DNA of 64,000 nucleotides from an uncultured Gammaproteobacteria bacterium (GCA_964415935.1 CAYQCH010000001.1:1144-65143); one strand, 5' to 3'; counted from the stretch's first letter, positions 28,865 through 37,915 are shown. Program-made: numbers and translations. Notes: generated by a model not told the origin, from the letters alone.

Positions 28865-30470
28865 CGCAAGGCTGGTAGCAATTCTGATAAATGTCTTTTA
28901 CGTTTGATGACACAACGGGCGTGTATGTCGCATTCTCATCCAACCCTGCGTGCACCATCTGCACGACCGTCTGATTTTCTTCCACGGACGAAGAAATCTG
29001 ATAATCAAGCCCGGGAACCTGCACGGTCTGGCGGTTGATGGTCTTTAACCACAGGGGTTTATCGAAGGTAACGGTCAAGCGGCTGTCGCGCGGGACCAGC
29101 GTGGCGTATGGCTGCGGCGATACCGCGCTCACGACGGGCGCGCGCAGGTCTATCTGGTCAGTGGTTTGAAAACTCCAGGCGAAGTCGTCGGCCGGGCTGC
29201 CTTGCGCTGCGCCGTCGACATTGCCATCAAAGGAGTTGCCTGACGCATCTACGACGCCGTCAAACGGAAAGACGGCCACCGGCGGTTGCGCGCTGACCGT
29301 GGCAGCGCGGACGCGTGCCGTAAACTTGGCGCTGGGCGGCAAGCAAAACACGTCCTGGCCGCAGGAATTGGTGCCACATAAATCATTGGTGACGAATTCG
29401 GCCGTGCGGTACTGGTTGCTGATGGTAAACCGGCCTGCCACCACTTCCCCGTTCTGTCCGCGCACGCTCAGGTTGTTAAATCCGCGCGCGGTATCGCCGC
29501 TGACGGCCAAGGGGTTCATGGCTTCGCTGAACGTCACCTGCACGATAATGTTGCGAGCATACGTCTGATCCGGTTGCGGGATAACGCTGACCACGCGCGG
29601 CGGCTCCAGATCAACAAACGTCCCCACCTCGAATTCCCAGGTATAGGCGCCGAAATTACCAAACGCCCCCCTGCCGGCCGCGGTGGAAATGCCCTCTCCC
29701 AGCGTTACGCGATACAGGGTGTTTTGTTCGGCGCTGCCGAGCAAGTCAATGGGGTCAATGACCAGGATGCGGGCGTCGTCGCTGACTGCCGCGCGCGCCG
29801 GAACAAACGGACCGGACTGCGGGTCATCGCTGGCCTTGGAGATAAAAATATTTTGGCCGTTAATCTCGTCGTCGGCCGGATCTTCCGTGCCCTTGTTATT
29901 AATGAGTGAGTCAACCAGCATGGGCTCAACGAAACTGACCATGATGTTGGTGTTGCGCGCAAGATTGGTCTGGCCGCGGTCGGGATAGTGCGATTCGATT
30001 ACGCCCAAAGGAAATCCGCCGCCCCCGCCCAAAAACCCGCCTGTGCCGCGGCGGCCAAAGGATGACGGTTGTGTCTCCGGACCGCCCACCAGGCGGTTGA
30101 GGACGAACGTTACAATGCCGAAAGAAGACAAGATGATGATCAAACCAATCAGGCCGTTGCGCAACAGCGTCTTGGCCGTATTGACCTGGTCATCATTGCC
30201 CGCCGCGGTCATCCAAAGATATCCCGCATATAAAAGCAGCCCCAGGGCGACAATTCCTAAAAAGCCCAGGGCCACTTGTATGACGCGCGCGATAATGACG
30301 CGCGGGTCGCTTCCGCTCAATCCAACCGATTCCGCTTGCTCCAGCCCGACGTCTACCGTCTGGGCAAAAGCCGGTTCATGCAAAACCAGGGATGAAACAA
30401 GCAACGCGGCGATGATGAATCCCGCGAAAATGATGATGCGTTTCAACCCCGAAAGCATGGGAACTTGCAT
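28854..30470 (-). CDS. Surface protein (538 aa) with TrbC/VirB2 pilin-like N-terminal anchor followed by SbsA-type Ig-like (Big_5) domains
   Basis: N-terminus: signal peptide (..HEPAFAQ), then QVALGFLGIVALGLLLYAGYLWMTAAGNDDQVNTAKTLLRNGLIGLIIILSSFGIVTFV, two hydrophobic helices with a short polar loop as in VirB2/TrbC. Gly-rich linker. Two Ig-like modules begin PRVVSVIPQPDQTYA and RAPVVSAVSPQPYATL. Confidence 0.55.
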   Translation of the reverse strand: MQVPMLSGLKRIIIFAGFIIAALLVSSLVLHEPAFAQTVDVGLEQAESVGLSGSDPRVIIARVIQVALGFLGIVALGLLLYAGYLWMTAAGNDDQVNTAKTLLRNGLIGLIIILSSFGIVTFVLNRLVGGPETQPSSFGRRGTGGFLGGGGGFPLGVIESHYPDRGQTNLARNTNIMVSFVEPMLVDSLINNKGTEDPADDEINGQNIFISKASDDPQSGPFVPARAAVSDDARILVIDPIDLLGSAEQNTLYRVTLGEGISTAAGRGAFGNFGAYTWEFEVGTFVDLEPPRVVSVIPQPDQTYARNIIVQVTFSEAMNPLAVSGDTARGFNNLSVRGQNGEVVAGRFTISNQYRTAEFVTNDLCGTNSCGQDVFCLPPSAKFTARVRAATVSAQPPVAVFPFDGVVDASGNSFDGNVDGAAQGSPADDFAWSFQTTDQIDLRAPVVSAVSPQPYATLVPRDSRLTVTFDKPLWLKTINRQTVQVPGLDYQISSSVEENQTVVQMVHAGLDENATYTPVVSSNVKDIYQNCYQPCVGP

Positions 30471-30500
30471 AGCAAGAAAGGGTGTGGATTGTATTTGTGT

Positions 30501-30752
30501 TTAGCGTCGGCGATCTCGTCTTTGTTCTTCAGGGAGCTGTCCGGTTTTTCGGAGCCATTCCCGTTTTTCTACCACTTCAAGGCGCCGCAATGCGCGCTCT
30601 TTCTGTCGGCGCTTGTTTTGCGTCCGTTCGTGGAAGCGGATTTTTCTGGCTTGAAAAATCTTACCGCTTTCCAGCACGCGCTTGTTAAAGCGTCGCAGCA
30701 AGGAGTCAAAACGCTCGCCTTTCTTCTTTTTTACGTCAACTACAGCTGACAT
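30501..30752 (-). CDS. rpsU: 30S ribosomal protein S21
   Basis: 83-aa basic protein MSAVVDVKKKKGERFDSLLRRFNKRV... with an Arg/Lys-rich C-terminus, as in S21. Confidence 0.8.
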   Translation of the reverse strand: MSAVVDVKKKKGERFDSLLRRFNKRVLESGKIFQARKIRFHERTQNKRRQKERALRRLEVVEKREWLRKTGQLPEEQRRDRRR

Positions 30753-30933
30753 GCTGTCACCGTCCTTTCAGTTGTATAAATAATGAGGGCAGTTTTTTGC
30801 TCGCTGCCGAATGCCAGCGTACCAAAAAACAGGCTGGTGCGTCAACTACCGGATGATGCGATACTTTGATAACAACGTTTTAAAAAACCGGCTGTTCATG
30901 AACCTACTTTCCAAACATATTTTAGCAAAAGAA

Positions 30934-30990
30934 AAGAGTCCGGAGAACATTCTTGCATCTTGCGACGCAAGCATCTCACGGACTCTGTTC
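30934..30990 (-). terminator. Nested-hairpin terminator with U-tract downstream of orphan paralog A
   Basis: Minus strand reads cagagtccg-[inner hairpin cttgcgtcgcaag]-ccggactct, followed by tttcttttg. Confidence 0.5.
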
Positions 30991-31053
30991 GGTGCGAAGA
31001 ACCAAGGATCAAGAATCCAAAAGTTCCAAGTTACCAAAGACCAAGTTCCTAGT

Positions 31054-31896
31054 TCACTCCCCGACAGGGCCAGGAACGGCGAAGTTCCTATCGTGAAAGT
31101 CGCCGTTGTCGTCGCTGAGCCGCACCCGGCGCTCACTCTGAAAGAAGATGAGCCAGGGAACGGCGGACCAGCGGCCTTCATAGAAGCACTGATAGCCGGG
31201 CAGCCACACAAACGGTACGGACTCGCCGTCCATGGCTTCCACCCACCACCTGTGGATGGCCGCCGCAGCCAGAATGCTGGCATGCGGCGACTGTGCGTTG
31301 CGCACGTCGCGCGGCCGGATGCCGTTCTGCTGGTCCCAGTTTGCGCCCAGGTCGATGGTCTCCCACCTCAGGCACCTGCCCGGATGGATGATGCCATCAA
31401 GCAGCTTGGCCAGGGCCTGGGCGCTCTTGAGCCGATCCCAGCGCCAGGTATTGGCATGACGCGCCTCGACGGCGCGCCACAGACCATCGAAAGTCGTCTG
31501 GACCGTATCCAGATACGGAACCAAGGTCACAGCAGCCAAATTGTGCAGCTGGACCGTCGGCCAGGCCGTCGGAACTGGCAGCGACGCGAAGTCGTCGGCC
31601 GTGAAGCCCCAGCCCAGGCGCTGGTTGAGTTCCCAGACCACCCTCACCTGCTTAACAATGGACTCGAACAAGGCATTGCTGGGTGACGGAAGGTGCGGGC
31701 TGCACTCCGCCATCGCCGTCTCCTGATCCGTGTTCAGGGCCAGGATGGCCGGAAGGATGCCGGCCGCCGCGGTGAGCAGCAGCTGCCGCTCTTGAATTGC
31801 GCCAGCGCGGGTTCGCGCCCTCAGCAGGCGCGCGTCATCCTCAGGGGCGCCGCTTACGGACGCCCCGCGTTGCAAAGCGCGAACCGACCAGTCCAT
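31054..31896 (-). CDS. Hypothetical protein, orphan family member A (paralog of 62889..63593)
   Basis: 280-aa ORF. Shares blocks with the second copy: DWSVRAL/DWVVRAAL, LGWGFTADDFASLPVP/FGWGLADKDFLRLPAP, LRWETIDLGA/MRWEVIDLGA, SPHASILAAAAIH/SPHAGILAAMALH, and a C-terminal AVP. Has its own promoter region and terminator. Confidence 0.5.
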   Translation of the reverse strand: MDWSVRALQRGASVSGAPEDDARLLRARTRAGAIQERQLLLTAAAGILPAILALNTDQETAMAECSPHLPSPSNALFESIVKQVRVVWELNQRLGWGFTADDFASLPVPTAWPTVQLHNLAAVTLVPYLDTVQTTFDGLWRAVEARHANTWRWDRLKSAQALAKLLDGIIHPGRCLRWETIDLGANWDQQNGIRPRDVRNAQSPHASILAAAAIHRWWVEAMDGESVPFVWLPGYQCFYEGRWSAVPWLIFFQSERRVRLSDDNGDFHDRNFAVPGPVGE

Positions 31897-32102
31897 GGCT
31901 ATCCCCCAATGTTGTTTATGAATGTGTTTTTAACACTCCGGGAACGCCCAGGAATATTTGGTCAAAATATTACTAAAATTTTATGATTTTGTCAAGTATT
32001 TTGAGATCGATTTCAGTTTTTGTGTCGACCGCACGACAAAATTGTGATACAGTACATGTACCCCAAATTTTTGCCTCTGCCGCATAATCATTCACGTTCA
32101 TT

Positions 32103-32411
32103 ATGTCGCAGGCAGAGCGCAATTTTTATACTCTCACAGAACGTATGGCTACCCTGGAAGCCAAAGAAAAGGACTTACGTACCATCACAATGGATGGGTT
32201 TGCCGAGATGCGAACAAAATTCCAATGGGTCGAAGACGGGTTTGCTAGGATGGACAAGGAATTCCAGCTTGTCCATAAAAAATTTGCTCAACACGAAGAG
32301 CAAATCGATTTTCTTGCCGTAGAGCTAGTAAATCGTACCGACCGTCTGGAAAAAAAATTCGACGCAATGGCCGCAAAAATTGACCTCATTTACAAAGCCC
32401 TGGCCATATAA
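32103..32411 (+). CDS. Small coiled-coil hypothetical protein (102 aa)
   Basis: Charged heptad-like sequence (MATLEAKEKDLRTI...RLEKKFDAMAAKIDLIYKAL). AT-rich upstream region with a GTACATGTAC palindrome. Weak coding evidence. Confidence 0.35.
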   Translation: MSQAERNFYTLTERMATLEAKEKDLRTITMDGFAEMRTKFQWVEDGFARMDKEFQLVHKKFAQHEEQIDFLAVELVNRTDRLEKKFDAMAAKIDLIYKALAI

Positions 32412-32434
32412 CCAGGGCTTTTCGTACATTCTTA

Positions 32435-33793
32435 TTAACTCATCCCTAATCTCTTTTTCAGCTCCGGCACCAGCTTGTCCTGGGGAATCTCTTCCTGGAT
32501 GCCGCCATCCATGTCACGGATGAGGATGGTCTTATCCAGCATCTCCTTCTGCCCCAGCACGCAGGTATATTTCACGCCAAGAGCCATGGCCTGCTCCAGC
32601 TGGTCCTTGAGGCTGTCCTTGCCAAAATGCTCAAAAGACTTGATGCCGGCGGCATGCAATTCTTCGCGCAATGCCAGGCATTTCTTTTTGGCTTCATCGC
32701 CGAGCTGCGCCAGGAAAATCTGGGGCAAACGCTCGACGGGAATGGACATGTTCTGGCTGCGTACCGCTTTCAAGCACTGATCCAGATCAATGGTCATCTT
32801 CATGGCCGGGATGTCCTGTTGTTCGATGATAGGCAGGCCGTCATAGCGCCCGCCGCGCGCAAGCACGTAGGACGCGCCGTTATCCACCGTTACTTTGATG
32901 GCAAACAACGTCTTTTGCATGTACTCGTCCAGCGGCGGGACCAGTTCCGGAGCCAGGCTGTAAGGAACGCCCAATTCATCGAGATACTCCAGCACGCGGA
33001 AGAAGTGCTGCTTGTCTTCCTCTGTAAACCAGTCCACGCTTTGCGGGGCTTCGCTGCGCAGCTGGTTGCATTCCTGGCGCTCACAGGCCAGCAGCTGCAA
33101 CGGATGCTTGCTGATGTATGGCTGGCAGCTGTCGCACACCTGACGCTTGCGGTCTTTATAGAATGCATTGAGCTCCTGCTTGTACATCTGCTGCGACTGC
33201 TTGCCGCCGATGCTGTTTACCAACACCTGGATATTTGTAAAACCCAGGGCCTGGATGTAGCGATACGCGGCCACGGCACATTCCGCGTCCACGACCGGGT
33301 GCTCGTTGCCAATGACACTCATGAACATCTGCGGGCGTTCGCGCGGCTCAAACTTGTTGCCGAAGACTGAACCAAAGGCATACCAGTTCTCAATGGGCAT
33401 GCCGTTTTCAAACGCCTGCCGATGCTGCAAATAATAGGCGCGCAAGAATGTAACATCATAGGAAGCACGCAAAGACAAATGCTCTTCTTTGGGATCGACA
33501 ATGGCCATGAGGTTGCCGTCCACCAGCGGATGGTCTTTGCCAAACGCGCGGGTGTACAGCGTGGTGTATTCTACGGCCGCAGGATGTATGAGATAAAAAT
33601 GGTACTTCTCCATTACCTCAAAAGCGACTTCCATGAAGTAGCCCCACCATTTGCGGTCGGTTCCCATGCGGTCTTTAAAACCAGGGGCCAGTTGCAGCGA
33701 ACGCGGTCCCGTAATGCGAGACGGCGTGGCCAGGGCCGCGACGGGTTTTGGTTTTGCCTTTTTGATGGTTTTCGCTTTCTTGGTCATACGCAA
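32435..33793 (-). CDS. hisS: Histidine--tRNA ligase (class II aaRS)
   Basis: Class II motifs including motif-3-like ARGGRYDGL, and a C-terminal anticodon-binding domain (KYTCVLGQKEMLDKTILIRDMDGG). Lys-rich N-terminal extension. Confidence 0.8.
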   Translation of the reverse strand: MRMTKKAKTIKKAKPKPVAALATPSRITGPRSLQLAPGFKDRMGTDRKWWGYFMEVAFEVMEKYHFYLIHPAAVEYTTLYTRAFGKDHPLVDGNLMAIVDPKEEHLSLRASYDVTFLRAYYLQHRQAFENGMPIENWYAFGSVFGNKFEPRERPQMFMSVIGNEHPVVDAECAVAAYRYIQALGFTNIQVLVNSIGGKQSQQMYKQELNAFYKDRKRQVCDSCQPYISKHPLQLLACERQECNQLRSEAPQSVDWFTEEDKQHFFRVLEYLDELGVPYSLAPELVPPLDEYMQKTLFAIKVTVDNGASYVLARGGRYDGLPIIEQQDIPAMKMTIDLDQCLKAVRSQNMSIPVERLPQIFLAQLGDEAKKKCLALREELHAAGIKSFEHFGKDSLKDQLEQAMALGVKYTCVLGQKEMLDKTILIRDMDGGIQEEIPQDKLVPELKKRLGMS

Positions 33794-33794
33794 A

Positions 33795-34430
33795 TTATTC
33801 TGTCTGTTCTAAAGAAGAAGGAACGTTGTACATGGGCGGAGAGAAAACGGTTACCTTGTTAAACGGCCAGCCGCGGATCCATGTCTTGCCGACAATATAC
33901 TGGCGCGGTAACGGACCAAAGCTGCGCGAATCTAGGCTGAAGCTGCGGTTGTCGCCGAGGACGAAATATTCGTCAGGTTGCAATGTGACAACCATTTCAC
34001 CCACCGTTGTTGTCCCTTCGTCCAAATACGGCTCCTCTACCTGCTCGCCGTTGATGTATACATTGCTGCCGGTTACCTGCACGGTCTCACCCGGCAGGCC
34101 GATGATGCGCTTGATGAAGTACTGTTTGGGATCGCGGGGGTAGCGGAAAACAATGATGTCGCCGCGCACCGGTTCTTTGAACCGATAACTGATCTCGTCA
34201 ATGACCAGGTACTCATGGTCAAAAAACGTCGGCTCCATGGACGCACCCTTGACATAAAACGGTTTGATGAAGAAATACCGGACCGGGATTATAATGACCA
34301 GGGCGACGATGACGACCTGCAACAACTCAACAAAAAATTCGCGCACCGATGTGGGTTGCGCGGCTTGCTCCTGCTCGGCAAAAAAATCCATGTGCTTGGA
34401 TTCCTGCGGCGTTTTGTTTTCTTCTGGCAT
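33795..34430 (-). CDS. lepB: Signal peptidase I
   Basis: S26 motifs GASMEPTF (catalytic Ser box) and GDNRSFSLDSR, with an N-terminal TM segment. Confidence 0.85.
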   Translation of the reverse strand: MPEENKTPQESKHMDFFAEQEQAAQPTSVREFFVELLQVVIVALVIIIPVRYFFIKPFYVKGASMEPTFFDHEYLVIDEISYRFKEPVRGDIIVFRYPRDPKQYFIKRIIGLPGETVQVTGSNVYINGEQVEEPYLDEGTTTVGEMVVTLQPDEYFVLGDNRSFSLDSRSFGPLPRQYIVGKTWIRGWPFNKVTVFSPPMYNVPSSLEQTE

Positions 34431-34562
34431 GAATAAAATTTTTGCGTGAAAACACGCAAAAAACTAGGAATATACGCATACTATAGCATGATTTTGCCCC
34501 CAAATCAACCTTGGCAAATCCGCAACAAATGAGTATGATGTGTCAACGATAGACCTTTCTCT

Positions 34563-35978
34563 ATGGAACCAAAACGTCGCTGGTGGAAATTCTTGCTATA
34601 CCCCGTCATTGTTGCCGCGGTTTTTTTGTTTGTACTCGGCCTGCGCGTGTCGTACAGCAATGATTCGTTTTGGGAATATGTTTCCGAACATTACATCCGG
34701 CCGACATTTTCATTATCTTCTTCCCTCTCCGTCCTCACGGCATCGGCCGACCAGGTTTTGGTGGGCGCGCAGGAAGACCGCATCAACATTTTGCTATTGG
34801 GTATTGGCGGCAAAGGCCATGAAGGGTCAAATCTCACGGACACCATCATTGTCGCCAGCTACAAACCCTCCACGAATGAAGTGGGCATGATGTCCATCCC
34901 GCGCGATTTGCTGGTGCCCATTCCGGGGTATGGCTGGCGCAAGGTCAACAATTTGTATTCCATCGCCGAATACAATGACCGCGGTACGGGCGGCGACTAC
35001 GCCAAACAAATCATCAGCCAGATTTTTGACGTGCAGATCCCGTATTACATCCGCATTGACTTCAACGGTTTCACGCAGCTTGTCGATCTGGTGGGCGGCA
35101 TCGACGTGGATGTGCCGAACACGCTTTCTGATTACCAATATCCCATCCCGGGCCGCGAAGAAGCACCTGAGGATGAGCGATACGAACACCTGTACATCGA
35201 AGCGGGCGCCCAGCATTTTGACGGGCAAACAGCGCTTAAATACGTACGTTCACGACACGGACAAGGCGAAGAAGGGTCAGACTTCGCGCGCGCCAAACGC
35301 CAGCAGCTTGTCATCGAAGCCCTGATGGACAAGGTCTTTTCGCTTAACACTTTGTTGCGGCCGAGCAAGATTAAAAAAATCCAGGCGAACCTGGAAGAAA
35401 ATATCGATACGAATTTGAACGCTGATGAGCTGGCCGCCTTTGCCAAACTGGCCGCCCAGTACCTGGGCGACAAAAAGCCCGTCATCACGCGCGTGCTGAG
35501 CGACGCCAATAACGGCCCGCTGGAAGCCGCCAATTATAACGGCGCTTTTGTACTCGAACCGAAAGTGGAAGACTTCAGTGAATTAAAATTCATCGCTAAA
35601 AACATTTTTGCCCCGGACCTGGTATACGAGCGGCCAACGGAAGAAGAAAGCGGCTTGCCTCGCGTTACCCTGGAAAACCCCGTGCAAGCCAAGGACGCCG
35701 CAACCATTGAAATTCAGAACGGCACCTTCGTGAATGGTTTGGCGCGCGCCACGCAAGAAAAGCTGTCTTCGCTTGAATATGAAATCGTCAGCATCGGCAA
35801 CGCCGCCAGCCGCGATTACGCGGAAACCATTATTTATGACTTCAGCAACGGCGCATACCCGGACACGCTCGACTTCCTGGCAACCAATTATACGGACAAT
35901 ATCACGGCCAGCATCCCGCTCGGCCTGACTTCAAGCGCCGACTTCCTGATCATTCTGGGACTGGACGCCGCCTACTAA
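34563..35978 (+). CDS. LytR-CpsA-Psr (LCP) family cell-envelope phosphotransferase with a C-terminal LytR_C-like domain
   Basis: N-terminal TM, then LCP core (NILLLGIGGKGHEGSNLTDTIIVASYKP...MMSIPRDL...G..KVN). Confidence 0.85.
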   Translation: MEPKRRWWKFLLYPVIVAAVFLFVLGLRVSYSNDSFWEYVSEHYIRPTFSLSSSLSVLTASADQVLVGAQEDRINILLLGIGGKGHEGSNLTDTIIVASYKPSTNEVGMMSIPRDLLVPIPGYGWRKVNNLYSIAEYNDRGTGGDYAKQIISQIFDVQIPYYIRIDFNGFTQLVDLVGGIDVDVPNTLSDYQYPIPGREEAPEDERYEHLYIEAGAQHFDGQTALKYVRSRHGQGEEGSDFARAKRQQLVIEALMDKVFSLNTLLRPSKIKKIQANLEENIDTNLNADELAAFAKLAAQYLGDKKPVITRVLSDANNGPLEAANYNGAFVLEPKVEDFSELKFIAKNIFAPDLVYERPTEEESGLPRVTLENPVQAKDAATIEIQNGTFVNGLARATQEKLSSLEYEIVSIGNAASRDYAETIIYDFSNGAYPDTLDFLATNYTDNITASIPLGLTSSADFLIILGLDAAY

Positions 35979-35979
35979 T

Positions 35980-37320
35980 ATGCCAACTGACCGCCTCCCA
36001 TCCGTGGTGCTTGTCGGCCGCACGAACGTCGGCAAATCGACGCTCTTCAATCGGCTGACGGAAACCGAACATGCCATCGTCTCCCCCATCGGCGGGACAA
36101 CGAGAGACCGCAACATCGCCAATGTCGAATGGGTTGGTTACAATTTCAATTTGATCGACACGGGCGGCCTTGACTTGAGCCATCCGGACGACGTGGAAAA
36201 AAAGGTGTTTGAAATGGCCTGGCGTTCGGTGCAGGAAGCCGACCTTATTTTGCTTGTGTTGGACGCTAAAGACGGCCTGCTGCCGCAAGACCAGGATATC
36301 GCCCGACAGCTGCGCGAAAAAGGCAAAGACTTCATTGTTGTGGCGAACAAAGCGGACAGCCCCTCGTTGAAACATCAATCCGCTGAATTTTTTGCCGTTG
36401 CAAAAACCGTGTTTCCCGTCTCTGCCGCCAACGGCACCGGAACCGGCGACCTGCTCGACTATGTCGTAGCGAGGCTGTTCCCTGCCAAACCCGCGCCGTC
36501 GCCTGCCTCGCCGATGGAAACGCGCGAAGAAATTTCCATCACCTTTGCCGGATTGCCAAATGTGGGAAAATCGTCCCTGCTTAATTCCCTTCTTGGGCGC
36601 GAGGAAGTTATTGTCAGCCCCAAGCCGCATACCACGCGCGAATCCCGCGACGTGTTTTTAGAGTTTGAAGGCCATCCCATCCGGCTGGTAGACACGGCAG
36701 GCATCCGCAAGCAGCAAAAACTGCGCGGTACCCTCGTGCAACAAAGCGCGGCGCGTTCCCTGCAGGCTATCCGCCAAGCGGACTGGGTCGTGCTGGTCGT
36801 TGACGCTACTAAAGACAACTGGGGCGAACAGGACCATTACATTTTGGATACCATCATCAAATCCGGCGCTTCCGTGATTATTGCCGCAAACAAATGGGAT
36901 ATGCTTGAAGGCGAAGACCGATACGAACAGTTTAAGAAACGCTTTGCCCGCGAATTCGGTTTATATGACTGGATTCCCGTCGTTGCCATCAGCGCCAAAA
37001 GCGGCTGGCATGTGGCCCGCGTGCTGCGCACCATCATTGAACTGCATCCCAACCGCAAACGCGAAATCCCGCAAAGTGCACTGGATCGCCTGCTCAAAAA
37101 GGCCGTAGCGCGCCGACGCCCGCAAAAGAAAAAGGGGCCCGAAGCGCCCTACATCCACGCCATCAAACAGGTCGGTACGGAGCCGCCGCATTTTGAAGTC
37201 ATCATCGACTACGACAACACCCTGGCGCATTTTTACGTCCGGTACCTCATGAAAGTGATCCGCGCGCAATTTGAATTTGACGGCACGCCCATCCGTATCC
37301 ATGTCCGTGCCATCCGTTAA
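35980..37320 (+). CDS. der: Ribosome-biogenesis GTPase Der (EngA), tandem GTPase domains plus a KH-like C-terminus
   Basis: Two G domains (GRTNVGKST...DTGG...NKAD and GLPNVGKSS...DTAG...NKWD). Confidence 0.9.
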   Translation: MPTDRLPSVVLVGRTNVGKSTLFNRLTETEHAIVSPIGGTTRDRNIANVEWVGYNFNLIDTGGLDLSHPDDVEKKVFEMAWRSVQEADLILLVLDAKDGLLPQDQDIARQLREKGKDFIVVANKADSPSLKHQSAEFFAVAKTVFPVSAANGTGTGDLLDYVVARLFPAKPAPSPASPMETREEISITFAGLPNVGKSSLLNSLLGREEVIVSPKPHTTRESRDVFLEFEGHPIRLVDTAGIRKQQKLRGTLVQQSAARSLQAIRQADWVVLVVDATKDNWGEQDHYILDTIIKSGASVIIAANKWDMLEGEDRYEQFKKRFAREFGLYDWIPVVAISAKSGWHVARVLRTIIELHPNRKREIPQSALDRLLKKAVARRRPQKKKGPEAPYIHAIKQVGTEPPHFEVIIDYDNTLAHFYVRYLMKVIRAQFEFDGTPIRIHVRAIR

Positions 37321-37321
37321 T

Positions 37322-37888
37322 ATGAAATTGATTGTCGGTCTCGGAAATCCGGGCAAGCAATACGAACACACGCGGCATAACCTCGGCTTTATGGCCGTGG
37401 ACGCCCTGGCGGAACGCCTGGATGCCGCCGAATGGAAAAAACATCATAAAGCGAATGCGCTGGTTGCTGAGGCCATGGTTGGCGGTGAAAAATGCCTGCT
37501 AGCCAAACCGCAGACCTTTATGAACAACTCTGGCGAGGCGGCGCAGGCGCTGATGGCGTTTTACAAGCTTCAATCAGGGGATGTCATTATCGCGCACGAT
37601 GAACTGGACCTGCCGTTTGGAACGCTGCGCATCAGTATTGACGCTTCGGCGGGTGGGCATAACGGCGTGGCTTCCGTCATGGAAAAACTCGGCACCAGGA
37701 ATATCACTCGCTTGCGCATGGGCATCCGCGGCTCGCAAAAAGGGAGTATCCCGGGCGACAAATATGTTTTGCTCCCTTTCTCCTTGCTGGAACGATTAAA
37801 ACGAAAGTCCGTTGTTTCCCATGCCGCTGAGGCGCTGGAATGCCTGGCCGCGCATGACGCGCAAACCTGCATGAACCGATTTAACTAA
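37322..37888 (+). CDS. pth: Peptidyl-tRNA hydrolase
   Basis: MKLIVGLGNPG...HNLGF...; starts 2 nt after the der stop. Confidence 0.9.
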   Translation: MKLIVGLGNPGKQYEHTRHNLGFMAVDALAERLDAAEWKKHHKANALVAEAMVGGEKCLLAKPQTFMNNSGEAAQALMAFYKLQSGDVIIAHDELDLPFGTLRISIDASAGGHNGVASVMEKLGTRNITRLRMGIRGSQKGSIPGDKYVLLPFSLLERLKRKSVVSHAAEALECLAAHDAQTCMNRFN

Positions 37889-37915
37889 AAAAGCCCGCCA
37901 TGCGGGGCTTTTTTG
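37887..37915. terminator. Bidirectional Rho-independent terminator between convergent pth and atpC
   Basis: Sequence aaaaagcccgccatgcggggcttttttg. Confidence 0.7.

Noticed and set aside
31001-31060. CCAAG/CCAAA-rich tract immediately downstream of orphan paralog A
   Set aside because: It is short, imperfect low-complexity sequence rather than a defined tandem repeat. It is mentioned only as flank context.
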